Shown: in pieces, positions 9,415 to 18,941 of the stretch
How the letters are laid out: every line of letters starts with the position of its first letter
How positions within the stretch are numbered: the stretch's first letter is position 1
From: a virus
Lineage: Duplodnaviria; Caudoviricetes
Direction: 5' to 3' (one strand)
DNA length: 64,000 nucleotides
Virus record (IMG/VR): IMGVR_UViG_2857429247_000001
Location: 1-64,000 of that record
Position numbers and translations under genes: made by a program
The notes under the pieces: generated by a model
Seen by the model: the letters and a program-made list of their open reading frames with translations, nothing else
Database searches by the model: none
What the model was told of the DNA's origin: nothing

Positions 9415-9706
9415 AATCCAAGCGCTGTTGATCGACTCGGAGATTCAGGTCTAGGCTCGCCATTCGCGCAGCGCTTGGCTGCGGTGAGTCCAATGGAGCG
9501 TGCCGCGACGGGCTGATCGAAGCGTATCCAGAAACGGAGAAAGCCCCCCGAGCCGGCAAGCTCGAGGGGCTTCTGGGGCAGAGCCCCGTGAATTGCTCTG
9601 AAGGCGACTCACTCTCCGCAAAATCAGGATCGGTGTCAACACCTTCTACTTGGGTGAACGATATCGCTTTGCCCGGCGCGGCCTGCGAGAGAGCGGGTCG
9701 TGAACG

Positions 9707-10453
9707 ATGGTCTATGGGGAGATGCGCGCCGCGATCGAGCGTGCCGAGCGCCACCGGCTGCCCGAAGTCGCCTCGGCGCTGTGGAAGGCCTACGGCGCCG
9801 GCGGCCTCACCGACGCCGAGGCGGAGGACCTGTCGGCCCTGCTCGAGGCGCGCCAGGGCGTGGCCAGGGCCGTATCGACAACGCCGACGATCGCGGCGGC
9901 CGTCGCCCGTGTCACCGCGGTGGCGCAGGCGCGCTCCCGGGCCGGCTCGCGGCCACGGACGGCCGAGAGCCTGGGCCGCCGCCGCCGCTGGGTCGCGGCC
10001 GGCTTCCTGCCACCGGCGATCGCGGCTGGCTTCACCTCCGGTGAGGTGGCGGCGCTCGCTGTGATCGCGGCCGAGGTCGGCCGGCGAGGGACGTGCACGT
10101 TGCCGTTCGGCGCCATCGCGGCGCTCGCCGGCGTGAGCGAGTCGACCGCCAAGCGCGCGGTGCGGCAGGCACGGGCCACGGGACTCGTCTCGGTGACGGA
10201 GCGGAGGATCGCCCGGGACCGGAACGACACCAACGTCGTGCGGGTCATCAGCCGGGAATGGGCGGCGTGGCTGCGCCTGCGCCTGCCGCGCGCCGCCCAC
10301 GCGCTGGCGCACCCCCCTGGGCTTCAATTCGGACCTGCGTCCTGTATCGAAGGGCAGGGGATAGCGGGGAAAGCGGCGAGAACCGGCAGAATCGGGGGCA
10401 CGACAGCTTGCGCGAGCGCGCCTCCGCAAGGTCGGCGGATCGTAGCCGCGTGA
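9707..10453 (+). CDS. Winged-HTH protein, candidate plasmid replication initiator
   Basis: CTLPFGAIAALAGVSESTAKRAVRQA..TGLVSVTERR...NDTNVVRV; divergent from parA. Confidence 0.55.
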   Translation: MVYGEMRAAIERAERHRLPEVASALWKAYGAGGLTDAEAEDLSALLEARQGVARAVSTTPTIAAAVARVTAVAQARSRAGSRPRTAESLGRRRRWVAAGFLPPAIAAGFTSGEVAALAVIAAEVGRRGTCTLPFGAIAALAGVSESTAKRAVRQARATGLVSVTERRIARDRNDTNVVRVISREWAAWLRLRLPRAAHALAHPPGLQFGPASCIEGQGIAGKAARTGRIGGTTACASAPPQGRRIVAA

Positions 10454-10623
10454 TGGCGCCGCTCTGCGCGTCGACGGCGACGCGCCGCCATCACGCTCCT
10501 GACGTGAAGAGGTGCCTCCGGATTCGAGGCTGCGGCGGAACCCGCGTCAGGCTGCCGAGGGGCAGCGGCCGCCTTCGTCGCGCGCGCACCACCAGATTCT
10601 GGGATGGGACAGCCGGCGCTGTA

Positions 10624-10962
10624 TCAGAACGGCCCGTCGGCTCGCTCGTGAATCATCGGCGCGGTCCAGGGCGGTCTTCGCCGGGCGCGGATCGCCCGGG
10701 CCCGCTGGGCGAGGATCACCCCGCGCATGCGCCCATCGGCCATCGCGCCGAACACGTGAGCCCGTTCGGCGATGAGCCCGCGTGCCGGATCCGGATAAGC
10801 GGCGATCTCCGCCCGCGTGAATCCGGCCGCACACAGGTCTTCGACCGTGCAGGCTCCCGTCGGACCGGCAGCGCGCTCGAGCATGACTTCGCGCATCAGG
10901 CCGATCCGCGCCCACTTGTCGGGGGCCGCATTCGCGGCGCGGATGAGCGACGGTGCCGTCAT
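10624..10962 (-). CDS. Hypothetical protein
   Basis: ATGA-coupled last gene of leftward operon. Confidence 0.55.
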   Translation of the reverse strand: MTAPSLIRAANAAPDKWARIGLMREVMLERAAGPTGACTVEDLCAAGFTRAEIAAYPDPARGLIAERAHVFGAMADGRMRGVILAQRARAIRARRRPPWTAPMIHERADGPF

Positions 10963-11426
10963 GGGCGATGCTCCGGTTGCGAGGGATGGCGGGTGGACCG
11001 CGGCTGCTTGTTGCGCGCGGCCTCGAGAATCTGCCGGTAGGACGCGCGCCCGAGGATGCCCCAGGCGCGCCGCAGCTGATCGATGCCCATGAAGCCGAGG
11101 GCGGCGTGCTCGTCAGCCATGCCGAGCTGCTTGGCGAGCCAGAACACGATGCGGCCCTGCGCGATGGTGCGCGTCCCCGGCTCCAGGCGCACCGCCTGCT
11201 CAAGCAGGTGCTCGATGCGCTCCCGCTGGAGCAGCACCCGGGCGGCCTTGGTCTCCGGCCCCGATGGCGGCTCGCCGGGGCCGCCGGTCGCCTCGATATG
11301 CCGTGCCCAGGAGTCGGGGCAGTCCGGGCAGCGCCAGACGGCTGAGCCAGCGAGGTCGGGACGAATCCCGGCCCCGTCGACCCGCTCGCACTCGCTCGCG
11401 CAGTCGGTGCAGAACACGCCGCTCAT
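10959..11426 (-). CDS. Zinc-finger protein (DUF3268-like)
   Basis: CTDC...WRCPDC; WLAKQLGM; coupled overlaps. Confidence 0.6.
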   Translation of the reverse strand: MSGVFCTDCASECERVDGAGIRPDLAGSAVWRCPDCPDSWARHIEATGGPGEPPSGPETKAARVLLQRERIEHLLEQAVRLEPGTRTIAQGRIVFWLAKQLGMADEHAALGFMGIDQLRRAWGILGRASYRQILEAARNKQPRSTRHPSQPEHRP

Positions 11427-11995
11427 TCGGCGGCCTGCAGCGCGATGGCCGGCTCGGCGAAGAAGCCCCGGCCCTGGAACCAGCGGAGCATCCGGGCGGC
11501 CTGCTTGCGGGCGCTGGCGTCGCGCCGCTCCTCCTCGAAGCCGTGCTCCATCATGGGCATGATGAGCGTCACGGCCTCGCCCATGGCGCTCTCCTCGGAG
11601 AGGCTCAACACCTCGCGGGAGAGCAGGTCCTCCAGCCAATAATAGTAGGTCATCGCGAACTTGATCGAGGCTTGATCCTCGAAGCCCATAGCGCGGATAC
11701 AGTCCGAACAGAGGTCCGTGGTCTCCTTCACCAAGCGGCTGCGCAGTGACACCCCGCAATCCGTGAAGGGCTCGGTGATGCCGTCGATGATCAGCTTCTG
11801 GATCAGCTTCGTCTTCTCCTCGACTTCGGCCCGGGCCGACTCCTGATCCTCCGCGCTCGGATCAGGCCCGAACACGTTGGCGAAGGCGAGGGCGCCGATC
11901 AGGACGGCGGGGATCGCGAGTTCCTTCCGGTCTCGCTCGGTCAGCCTGGGCGCCGGCACGTATCCGGCCGCCACGCGGCGCTTGCGCTCACCCAT
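11423..11995 (-). CDS. Hypothetical protein
   Basis: 190-aa ORF with RBS and coupled overlaps. Confidence 0.65.
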   Translation of the reverse strand: MGERKRRVAAGYVPAPRLTERDRKELAIPAVLIGALAFANVFGPDPSAEDQESARAEVEEKTKLIQKLIIDGITEPFTDCGVSLRSRLVKETTDLCSDCIRAMGFEDQASIKFAMTYYYWLEDLLSREVLSLSEESAMGEAVTLIMPMMEHGFEEERRDASARKQAARMLRWFQGRGFFAEPAIALQAAE

Positions 11996-12698
11996 GGCAG
12001 ACCTCCTTTGTGGGCCGCGTCGCCGCCGGCGGTATCGCGAGTTGGTCGATGTTGCGTGCGTGGACGCTGAAGGTGACAGCCACGACCCATGGGTTGGCCG
12101 CCCAGGCTTCGGAGCCGTTGATGCTGTTCCAGAGGTGCCGGAAGCGATGGCTCGGGGGTTGGCCGGGTGGCGGCCGTCCCCGCTCTGTCGGCGCGCCGTG
12201 CGTTGGTAGATCGACTGTCAGCGCGCCCTCGTCGATCGCGTCCACCTCGCTGATGTCCTGCAGGCGCTCGACCCGGACGTCCGTCACCAGGAGCGTGAGG
12301 CGGCTGGCCCAGCGCGGCATGTGGATCGACGGGCGCCAGCGAGGCTTCGATCGATCCCAGCCCGCGGCATAGATGGCGGCTTCGTCGCGATCCGCGGGAT
12401 TGACGGTCTGCTGGACGCCTTCGCTCATCCGGTAGGCGGATGACGGGACCAGGGCGTGGTTCTCGCGCACATAGAGGCGGTCGCCGACGGCGAAGCGGCT
12501 GAAGTCCGGCCCGTGCTCCCGAACCTCCGCTTCAGTCGCGTTGACGATCCCGCCGTGAGTATTGCTGAGGTGAAAGCGATCAGACACCCCGGGCATCAGC
12601 TCGGGCTGCGGCTTGAGGATCCGGCGAGTCATAGTCTTGCGCCCATCCAGAAGGGCCTTAACCATAGGGGCGGAAAAGATTATGGGTCGGTCCGTCAT
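11988..12698 (-). CDS. ASCH-like phage protein
   Basis: RPIIFSAPMV.ALLDGRKT.TRR, GDRLYVRE, WRPSIHMPRWASR, VERLQDISE, W.ANPWV motifs. Confidence 0.8.
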   Translation of the reverse strand: MTDRPIIFSAPMVKALLDGRKTMTRRILKPQPELMPGVSDRFHLSNTHGGIVNATEAEVREHGPDFSRFAVGDRLYVRENHALVPSSAYRMSEGVQQTVNPADRDEAAIYAAGWDRSKPRWRPSIHMPRWASRLTLLVTDVRVERLQDISEVDAIDEGALTVDLPTHGAPTERGRPPPGQPPSHRFRHLWNSINGSEAWAANPWVVAVTFSVHARNIDQLAIPPAATRPTKEVCHG

Positions 12699-13267
12699 CG
12701 CCAGAGCCTCCCAAGAGCAATTCGGCTGATCAGTGTCTGCGAGACTTGGAAGCGGCTGGCGATCTCTCGTTGCCGAACCTTTTGGCCCAGCAAGGCGCGG
12801 ATCTCGACAACCTTTTGATCGTTCAGCTTTGCTGCGCCATTGCGCACGCCGATCATCCGGACAATCGGTTGGATGAGGCGGCCCTTCTCCACGGCATCGG
12901 CCATGTTGTCGGATTGAGAGCCGGGACGAAGGTGAGCAGGGTTGATGCACCGAGGGTTGTCGCAACGGTGGAGAAGGTGCGTGCCTTCCGGAATGGGACC
13001 GAAGCCAAGTTCATAGGCAAGCCGATGAGCGTAGTGCTGCCGGCCGTTGATCGTCAGCGTCCCGTAGCCGTGATTATTCGCGGTGCGCTGCCAGACCCAG
13101 CACCCGTCATCAGGAGCATCATCAAGGCCGTTCGCAAGACGACGGGCGAGGTGCTCAGGCGCGTTGCGGTCCTCGCCTCGTCGTACATAGAGCTTGCGCC
13201 GCGTCTTCCGGCCGGCGAGCAGTGCCGCGATCATCGGAGCTGAGAAGATGAGGGGACGGTCAGCCAC
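12695..13267 (-). CDS. HNH homing endonuclease fused to the host gene's N-terminus
   Basis: CWVW, GYG, AHRLAYE, HRCDNPRCINPAHL...N; C-terminal HTH; first 22 aa duplicate the downstream gene start. Confidence 0.85.
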   Translation of the reverse strand: MADRPLIFSAPMIAALLAGRKTRRKLYVRRGEDRNAPEHLARRLANGLDDAPDDGCWVWQRTANNHGYGTLTINGRQHYAHRLAYELGFGPIPEGTHLLHRCDNPRCINPAHLRPGSQSDNMADAVEKGRLIQPIVRMIGVRNGAAKLNDQKVVEIRALLGQKVRQREIASRFQVSQTLISRIALGRLWR

Positions 13268-14147
13268 GGGCCACCTCCGGAAATCCGTTGTGTTCCACGC
13301 TGTCGAGGAGGCGGCCGGCGGCCTTCTTGCCCACGAGTGCGACCCATTCGCGGTCCGCGTAACGGCCGTCATCGGTCCACTCGGTGCCGGTCCAGGTTCG
13401 GATCGGAAGGCTGACCGGATGGTCGGCGTACCAGCCCTCGGTACTGACCCATTCACCGTTCTGCTTGTGGTGGTAGATGCGGCCGAGCGCAGCGCTCTGG
13501 TCGCGCAAGCTCCGGAACCAGTCCGGGTGGCTGGGCCGGGCCCGGTGCTGGCCTTGGTGCGTCTCGCCGCCCGTGATGATCCAGTCGGGCGCCTCGTCGT
13601 CCATCACGATCATGTCGAGCAGCGGCTCGAAGCTGCCGAAGGTGAACAGCGGCCCGCAGTCACGTCGCACCGCTGCGAGCTTCGGCGCGTCGCGGTCATA
13701 CTCCTCTTGGTTCGCCATCGTGGCGCCGACGGCAGCGTTCGCCGGCAGGACCGGATTGCCGCGCGCCGGATCAGTCATCCGCAGCACATTGCCGATCCGC
13801 TTCGTGAGCAGCAGCCACACGAGATGCGGCGTCACCTTGATCAGAGCGAAGAGGTCGCGGCGCCAGGCCGGATCCACCTCGTGGTCGAACACGTCGGCCA
13901 GCGAGGCGCAGAAGACGAAGGGTCGGGTGCCCTGCTCTGCCGCCTGCCGGTTCCAGCGTACGGGCTGCCGCCAGTTCGCCGGCGACGTGCGCACGCGGTC
14001 TTCGCCCGGGCCCCAGAACACCTTGCCGTAGCGGGTGTCCATGAGCGCCTCGGCGTAGCATCCCGCACAGGCGACCGAGACCTTCGTGCAACCCATCCAA
14101 GGGTTGAAGGTGTGCGTCGTCCAAGAGATCGCGCTGTTCTCAGCCAC
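13260..14147 (-). CDS. DUF5131 (Gp37/Gp68) family protein
   Basis: ISWTTHTFNPWMGCTKVSVACAGCYAE, FCASLADVF, LLTKR, SFEPLL, WIITGGE. Confidence 0.9.
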   Translation of the reverse strand: MAENSAISWTTHTFNPWMGCTKVSVACAGCYAEALMDTRYGKVFWGPGEDRVRTSPANWRQPVRWNRQAAEQGTRPFVFCASLADVFDHEVDPAWRRDLFALIKVTPHLVWLLLTKRIGNVLRMTDPARGNPVLPANAAVGATMANQEEYDRDAPKLAAVRRDCGPLFTFGSFEPLLDMIVMDDEAPDWIITGGETHQGQHRARPSHPDWFRSLRDQSAALGRIYHHKQNGEWVSTEGWYADHPVSLPIRTWTGTEWTDDGRYADREWVALVGKKAAGRLLDSVEHNGFPEVARG

Positions 14148-14961
14148 GGGCGCCTCCCGTCGCGAGGGCGTCGAGCACGTCCTTCCGCCCCTGCTCACGC
14201 GCCGCGGCCATGAGCTTCAGCACCTCGTCCTCGGTGGCGAGGTAGGCGGGCGGGTCGAAGGCCGGCAGTTCCTCCTCGCCACTGGTTCGCTCGAAGCCGT
14301 GCTGCTCGGCCGCCTCCAGCCAGAAGTGTCGTTCCTCGGTGCCGGGCGCAGGCACGGTGACGGGATCCGCGGCCGAGACGTCCTTCGTTGCGGCGACGGC
14401 CGACATCCTCAGCGCGATATCGGCACGGACGTACGGCGCCATACCTGGCGCGCCTTTGGGCCACCGCCCGTAACAGGTGACTGCTTTTCCGCCCTCGTGC
14501 CACAGCCAATTCGGCTGCGCGCGCTGCTCCTCGGTGAGTTCTCGCGCGGCGGCCCAGACCTGAGCGCCGACATGAATGTCCGGATCGACGGGTGGGCCGG
14601 AACTGGCCCCGTCCACCAAACCACGGATCGTGTCGATGAGCGCAGCCACGCGCTTCTCCGCGTGCTCCCGGCGCTCGGCCAGTTCGCGGGCCAGCAGCGT
14701 TGCATGCTGCTCGGCGGACCACGTCCAGCGCCGGACAGTGGCCTGGGTCAGCGGCCAGTTGTCGTCGGCCGCCCACTTCTCCTTCGCGGCCCTTGCGGCG
14801 ATGAAGGCGTTCAGCTCCGCGGCCCAGGCGAGGCCGGTCCAGAAGTCTGGGACGGCGTGCACATCATCCGGACCGGAGACGTGCATGTACCAAAGGACTT
14901 TATGGCCCTGCTCCGGCAGAGCGTCGTTTTGGTCGCGCGTGATGGTGCTGTCCTCGGCCAT
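14140..14961 (-). CDS. Hypothetical protein
   Basis: 273-aa ORF coupled within operon. Confidence 0.6.
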   Translation of the reverse strand: MAEDSTITRDQNDALPEQGHKVLWYMHVSGPDDVHAVPDFWTGLAWAAELNAFIAARAAKEKWAADDNWPLTQATVRRWTWSAEQHATLLARELAERREHAEKRVAALIDTIRGLVDGASSGPPVDPDIHVGAQVWAAARELTEEQRAQPNWLWHEGGKAVTCYGRWPKGAPGMAPYVRADIALRMSAVAATKDVSAADPVTVPAPGTEERHFWLEAAEQHGFERTSGEEELPAFDPPAYLATEDEVLKLMAAAREQGRKDVLDALATGGARG

Positions 14962-14965
14962 GAGG

Positions 14966-15193
14966 CTACTCCGCAGCTTCGGTGATGATGGGTGCTCGCG
15001 ACTGCTCGGCGAGCGCGAGGAAGGCGAGGTGGCGCTCGACGGCCTTGGCCACCGGCACGCGCTCCACGCGGTGGCCGCGCGCACGGATGCGGGCGGCGAA
15101 CGCCGCGCCGAAGTGCGGATCGTGCGGCAGGTCCTCACACAGCGCGTAGACGCCGTGCGGGCCGATCGCGATGAAGTCGAAGCGGTCAGCCAC
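14966..15193 (-). CDS. Hypothetical protein
   Basis: GTG start with GGAGG RBS. Confidence 0.5.
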   Translation of the reverse strand: MADRFDFIAIGPHGVYALCEDLPHDPHFGAAFAARIRARGHRVERVPVAKAVERHLAFLALAEQSRAPIITEAAE

Positions 15194-15347
15194 AGGCGAC
15201 CTCCATCAGCCAGGGGTGTTCCTCGGCGACGGCGTCCGGCGGGATCCCGGCGTCGTGTGCCTCGGCCCAGCCGAGAACGATCGCGAAGGCGATGGCCGTC
15301 ACGACGGTGCCGATGCCGTACAAGGTGCAGAACAGACCCACGCTCAT
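15186..15347 (-). CDS. Small membrane protein
   Basis: MSVGLFCTLYGIGTVVTAIAFAIVLG; coupled overlaps. Confidence 0.5.
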   Translation of the reverse strand: MSVGLFCTLYGIGTVVTAIAFAIVLGWAEAHDAGIPPDAVAEEHPWLMEVACG

Positions 15348-16663
15348 TGGCTCGCTCCCTGGAACTGGCTGCGCATCACGGCTTGGATCGCGCCGGGCAG
15401 CATCTCGGCGAGGCCATCGGGGGCGCAGCGTCCGTCGACGACCGCCATGGTGAGGTCCTCGATCACGCGCGGTTTGACGTGGGGCCACAGGTCCCGCGGC
15501 ACGGTCCGCTGCACGGTGGCGACGAGCTCGACGCCATAGCGGGACTGGCCGGCGGCCGAGATCACCCGCGGATCGATGTCGGGGCCCATGAAGCGGGCCG
15601 GCGCGGACGGCGTGGGACGTCGCACCGGCGGCACGGACCGAACGGGCGCGGCCACCGGCGCGGCCCGGGCGCGCTCCTGAGCGCGGCGGCGCCTCCCCTC
15701 CTCGGCCGCCGCGGCTTTCCTGGCATCGCGCTGGCGCCGGGCAGCCTCGGCCTGGGCTGCGCGCTCCGCCTCGATCTTCCGGAGCCGCTCCGCGGCCCAA
15801 GCCGCGTTCCGGCGCTTCTGCTCCTCAGCCGCGGCGGCGGCGGCCGCCCGGCGCGCCGACGCGCGGGCCTGCGCCTCGGCGCGCCTTGCGTTGTTTAGGG
15901 CCTCTCGCTTGGCGATGGCCGGGTTCGGCTCGACCACGACGCCGAAGCGGCGCCGCGCGCTTTCGATCGCGGCCTTGCTTCGGCCTGGAAGCTTGGCCCC
16001 GTATTTCGTGAGGGCCGCCTTCTCGGCGTCGCTCCAGGACTCCGTGTGGCCGCCCTGGCACGACCCGACCTTGCCGGCCGTCAGCCCCATCGCGCTGGCG
16101 GTGAACTTGATCCCCTCCCGAGTCCGGGGCGCGAGCAGGGCGCAGAGCAGGTCGTAGTTCGGGTAGAACACCCGGATCAGCCGCCGCTGCGCCGCCGTGT
16201 AGCGCTGATGCTTCCCGACCGTGGTGGCGACGCCGAGTTCCGCGGCGCGCCGCTTGATGGCCCGCTGCGGTCGTCCGGGCAGTTCGGCCTGAAGGGCCGC
16301 GAGGTCCGGGAACAGGCGGACGATGAAAGCGTCCTCGGCCTCCGTGAACGGCCCCCCGGCCCGCTCCTTTTTGAGATGCCACGCCCGGCGCTGGATCTCA
16401 CGCTTCGACCGGTTCGCGAGCTCACGCTTGCAAGCGTCGATGTCTGGGTAGAGGCGATCAAGAACGGCGTCCTCCTCGAGCGTGAAGCGCGGGGTGGCCG
16501 CCATGCGTGCGATCCCGGTCTTGCGCGCCTTGAGGCGGATCTGCTCCTCGGTCGGAACCGAGTCGGGCGAGATCTCCAGGAACGCGGACTGGATCGCCGC
16601 GATGTCCGGATAGTGCTGGCGGAGGATCGTCTCCGCCCCGGGTGGAAAGATCGACGGGTTCAC
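15344..16663 (-). CDS. Protein with tandem Myb/SANT-like repeats
   Basis: FTLEEDAVL, FTEAEDAFI, YTAAQRRLI, WSDAEKAAL repeats followed by coiled coil. Confidence 0.65.
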   Translation of the reverse strand: MNPSIFPPGAETILRQHYPDIAAIQSAFLEISPDSVPTEEQIRLKARKTGIARMAATPRFTLEEDAVLDRLYPDIDACKRELANRSKREIQRRAWHLKKERAGGPFTEAEDAFIVRLFPDLAALQAELPGRPQRAIKRRAAELGVATTVGKHQRYTAAQRRLIRVFYPNYDLLCALLAPRTREGIKFTASAMGLTAGKVGSCQGGHTESWSDAEKAALTKYGAKLPGRSKAAIESARRRFGVVVEPNPAIAKREALNNARRAEAQARASARRAAAAAAAEEQKRRNAAWAAERLRKIEAERAAQAEAARRQRDARKAAAAEEGRRRRAQERARAAPVAAPVRSVPPVRRPTPSAPARFMGPDIDPRVISAAGQSRYGVELVATVQRTVPRDLWPHVKPRVIEDLTMAVVDGRCAPDGLAEMLPGAIQAVMRSQFQGASQ

Positions 16664-16667
16664 GAGT

Positions 16668-18941
16668 TCACTCCGCGGCGAAGAGGGGCATCGGGGCCTT
16701 GATCCGGCGGCTGCGCACGATGCTCTCCCGGTAGTTCGCAGCGACGAGCGCCTCGGCGATACCGGGGCATACGGAGTTGCCGCAGGCTGCGCCCTGCTGC
16801 TCGAGGGTCAGGTTGATGATCGTCCCGTCCTCAAGCTCCCCCTTGTCGATCACATAGTCCGGGCGGAACCCCTGGGCGGAGAATCGCTCCCGCGGGGTCA
16901 GCATGCGCATGCCGATGTCGACGATGGCGTAGGGCTGGCCCTGGATCGTGACGGTGACGATGCCGTGCCGGGGCTTGGCGGTCACCGTGTGCAGCGGCTC
17001 GTCCGCTGACTGCGAGGGCAGCCCCTCGCCGTAGTATTTCGCCAGGAAGGCGTAGACCGCGGCCGCGTGGTTGCCGCCACCAGTGGCCGTCGGCGCAGGC
17101 CGATCGACCGGAGCGTCCCGGCGGTCAGAGCCGCGCAGGTTGAGCAGGTGCGCGGCGACAACGTTTTGATGGCCGCCGGCTGCCGTGATCGTGGAGATTG
17201 GCGCGCGGGCGTCCGTCCCCGGGTTCACTGCACCATCCCGCGCCGTGTTGTGCTGCGCGAGGAACGCGGCAACAACCTTTGTCTTGCCCTGGCCGTGCGG
17301 CATTACGGTGGGCGCTGGCTCATCGGCGGCGGATCCGACCGACATGCCGAAGTCGCGAGCAAGATGGGCCGCCACGACGCTGACCTTGTCCCGACCCGCG
17401 AGCGTGTGGGCCGGCTCGTCGGCGTCCTGCCCCACCGATTTGCCGTAGTGCTTCTGCAGGTGGACCGCAGCGAGGCTGCCCTCGTTCCCGGTCGGCACGA
17501 TGACGGGCGCGGGCTCCTCGACGGACCGGGCGCGCGGGTCTTGCCCGGGCCGCTCGCCGTAGCGCGGGACGAGGCACGCACCGATCAGGCTGAGTCCGGC
17601 ACCCTGCGCCGTGATGGTATGCGCCGGCTCGTCGGCCGCGGTGTGCGGCTTGTCCGCGTTGCGCATCGTCATCAGGTGCGGTGCGACGACGGCGATGCTC
17701 CCTGCTGTCGTGATCGTGGTGGCCGGCGCGTCGGCGGCATGGACGCCCTTGCGCGCCGGGTCGCCGCTGGTCTGGTCGACGCGGATGAGGTGAGGCGCGA
17801 CCACTCCGAGCGGCGCCGCGCCGCCTCCGTGCGTCTCGCTGGCGTGCGAGGTCACGGTAGCCAGCGGGCGATCGATCTCGTGGCCGGTCGCCCCGCGGTT
17901 AAACTTGGTCACGAAGGGCGCGACGATCGCCTCGCCGCGCTTGCCCGTCATTGTCGGCATGGGTTCGTCGGCGGCATGGTTGCGACCGCCTGCGCCGCCG
18001 CCGTGGTTCACCTGCGCGACGAACGGGTGCACCAAGGCGTCACCGCCGAAGTGGGTCGTCGTCGGCATGGGCTCATCGAGGCCACGATCGCGACGGCCAC
18101 GGCTGTCGCCGTGGTTCACCCGCACCAGGAACGGCTTCGCCGCGTTCACGACGTAGCGCATGGTGCCCTTGGCGATCCGGGCCATGGTGGCGTCGGCGAG
18201 CGGCCGGTTCGCGCGGATCCCGTGCTTCGCCTTGATCTCGGCCGAGGACTCGAAGATCGACGGGCACGGCAGAGACCAGTCGATGATCCCGGCCGCCGTC
18301 TTCCATGGCTCGAGGAGCCCGGCGCGCACGCCCTCGCTGTCCGGCGCGCCGTGGGTCGGCTCCGGCCACACGATCGGCAGGCCGTCGAAGCGGATGATCA
18401 TGAACAGGCGCTTCCGGATTGTCGGCACGCCGAAGTCGCAGGCGCGCAGCTCGCGCCACTCGACCTGAGCGCCGAGCGCCTGCCAGGCCTTCACGTATTC
18501 CCGGAAGGTCGCCCCCTTTTGCAGTGGGCAGGGCTGACCGTTGTCGAGGAGCGGGCCCCAGTCCTGGAACTCCTCCACGTTCTCCAGGAACACCACGCGC
18601 GGGCGCTGATGCGGCGGCAAGCTCTTGACCCAGCGCAGGCCGACCCAGGCCAGTCCGCGGATCGCCTTCTCGCGCGGCTTCCCGCCCTTCGCTTTGGAAA
18701 AATGTTTACAATCTGGCGACATCCAGAGGAGCCCGATGGGGCGCCCGTCGCACAGGCCCACCGCGTCGACGTTCCAGACGTCTTCCTCGATGTGGCGCGT
18801 GCCCGGATGGTTGATCCGGTGCATCGCCAGCGCGATCGGGTTGTGGTTCATGGCGATGTCGGGATCGCGCCCGATCGCTGCCCGGATGCCTTCGGAGGCG
18901 CCGCCGCCGCCGGCGAAGCTGTCGATGATGAGGGGGCGCAT
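16668..18941 (-). CDS. DNA cytosine-C5 methyltransferase with long repetitive variable region
   Basis: FAGGGG (I), SPDC (IV variant), ENV (VI), RKRLF (VIII), RMLTPRE..AQGF (IX), GNSV (X). Confidence 0.92.
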   Translation of the reverse strand: MRPLIIDSFAGGGGASEGIRAAIGRDPDIAMNHNPIALAMHRINHPGTRHIEEDVWNVDAVGLCDGRPIGLLWMSPDCKHFSKAKGGKPREKAIRGLAWVGLRWVKSLPPHQRPRVVFLENVEEFQDWGPLLDNGQPCPLQKGATFREYVKAWQALGAQVEWRELRACDFGVPTIRKRLFMIIRFDGLPIVWPEPTHGAPDSEGVRAGLLEPWKTAAGIIDWSLPCPSIFESSAEIKAKHGIRANRPLADATMARIAKGTMRYVVNAAKPFLVRVNHGDSRGRRDRGLDEPMPTTTHFGGDALVHPFVAQVNHGGGAGGRNHAADEPMPTMTGKRGEAIVAPFVTKFNRGATGHEIDRPLATVTSHASETHGGGAAPLGVVAPHLIRVDQTSGDPARKGVHAADAPATTITTAGSIAVVAPHLMTMRNADKPHTAADEPAHTITAQGAGLSLIGACLVPRYGERPGQDPRARSVEEPAPVIVPTGNEGSLAAVHLQKHYGKSVGQDADEPAHTLAGRDKVSVVAAHLARDFGMSVGSAADEPAPTVMPHGQGKTKVVAAFLAQHNTARDGAVNPGTDARAPISTITAAGGHQNVVAAHLLNLRGSDRRDAPVDRPAPTATGGGNHAAAVYAFLAKYYGEGLPSQSADEPLHTVTAKPRHGIVTVTIQGQPYAIVDIGMRMLTPRERFSAQGFRPDYVIDKGELEDGTIINLTLEQQGAACGNSVCPGIAEALVAANYRESIVRSRRIKAPMPLFAAE

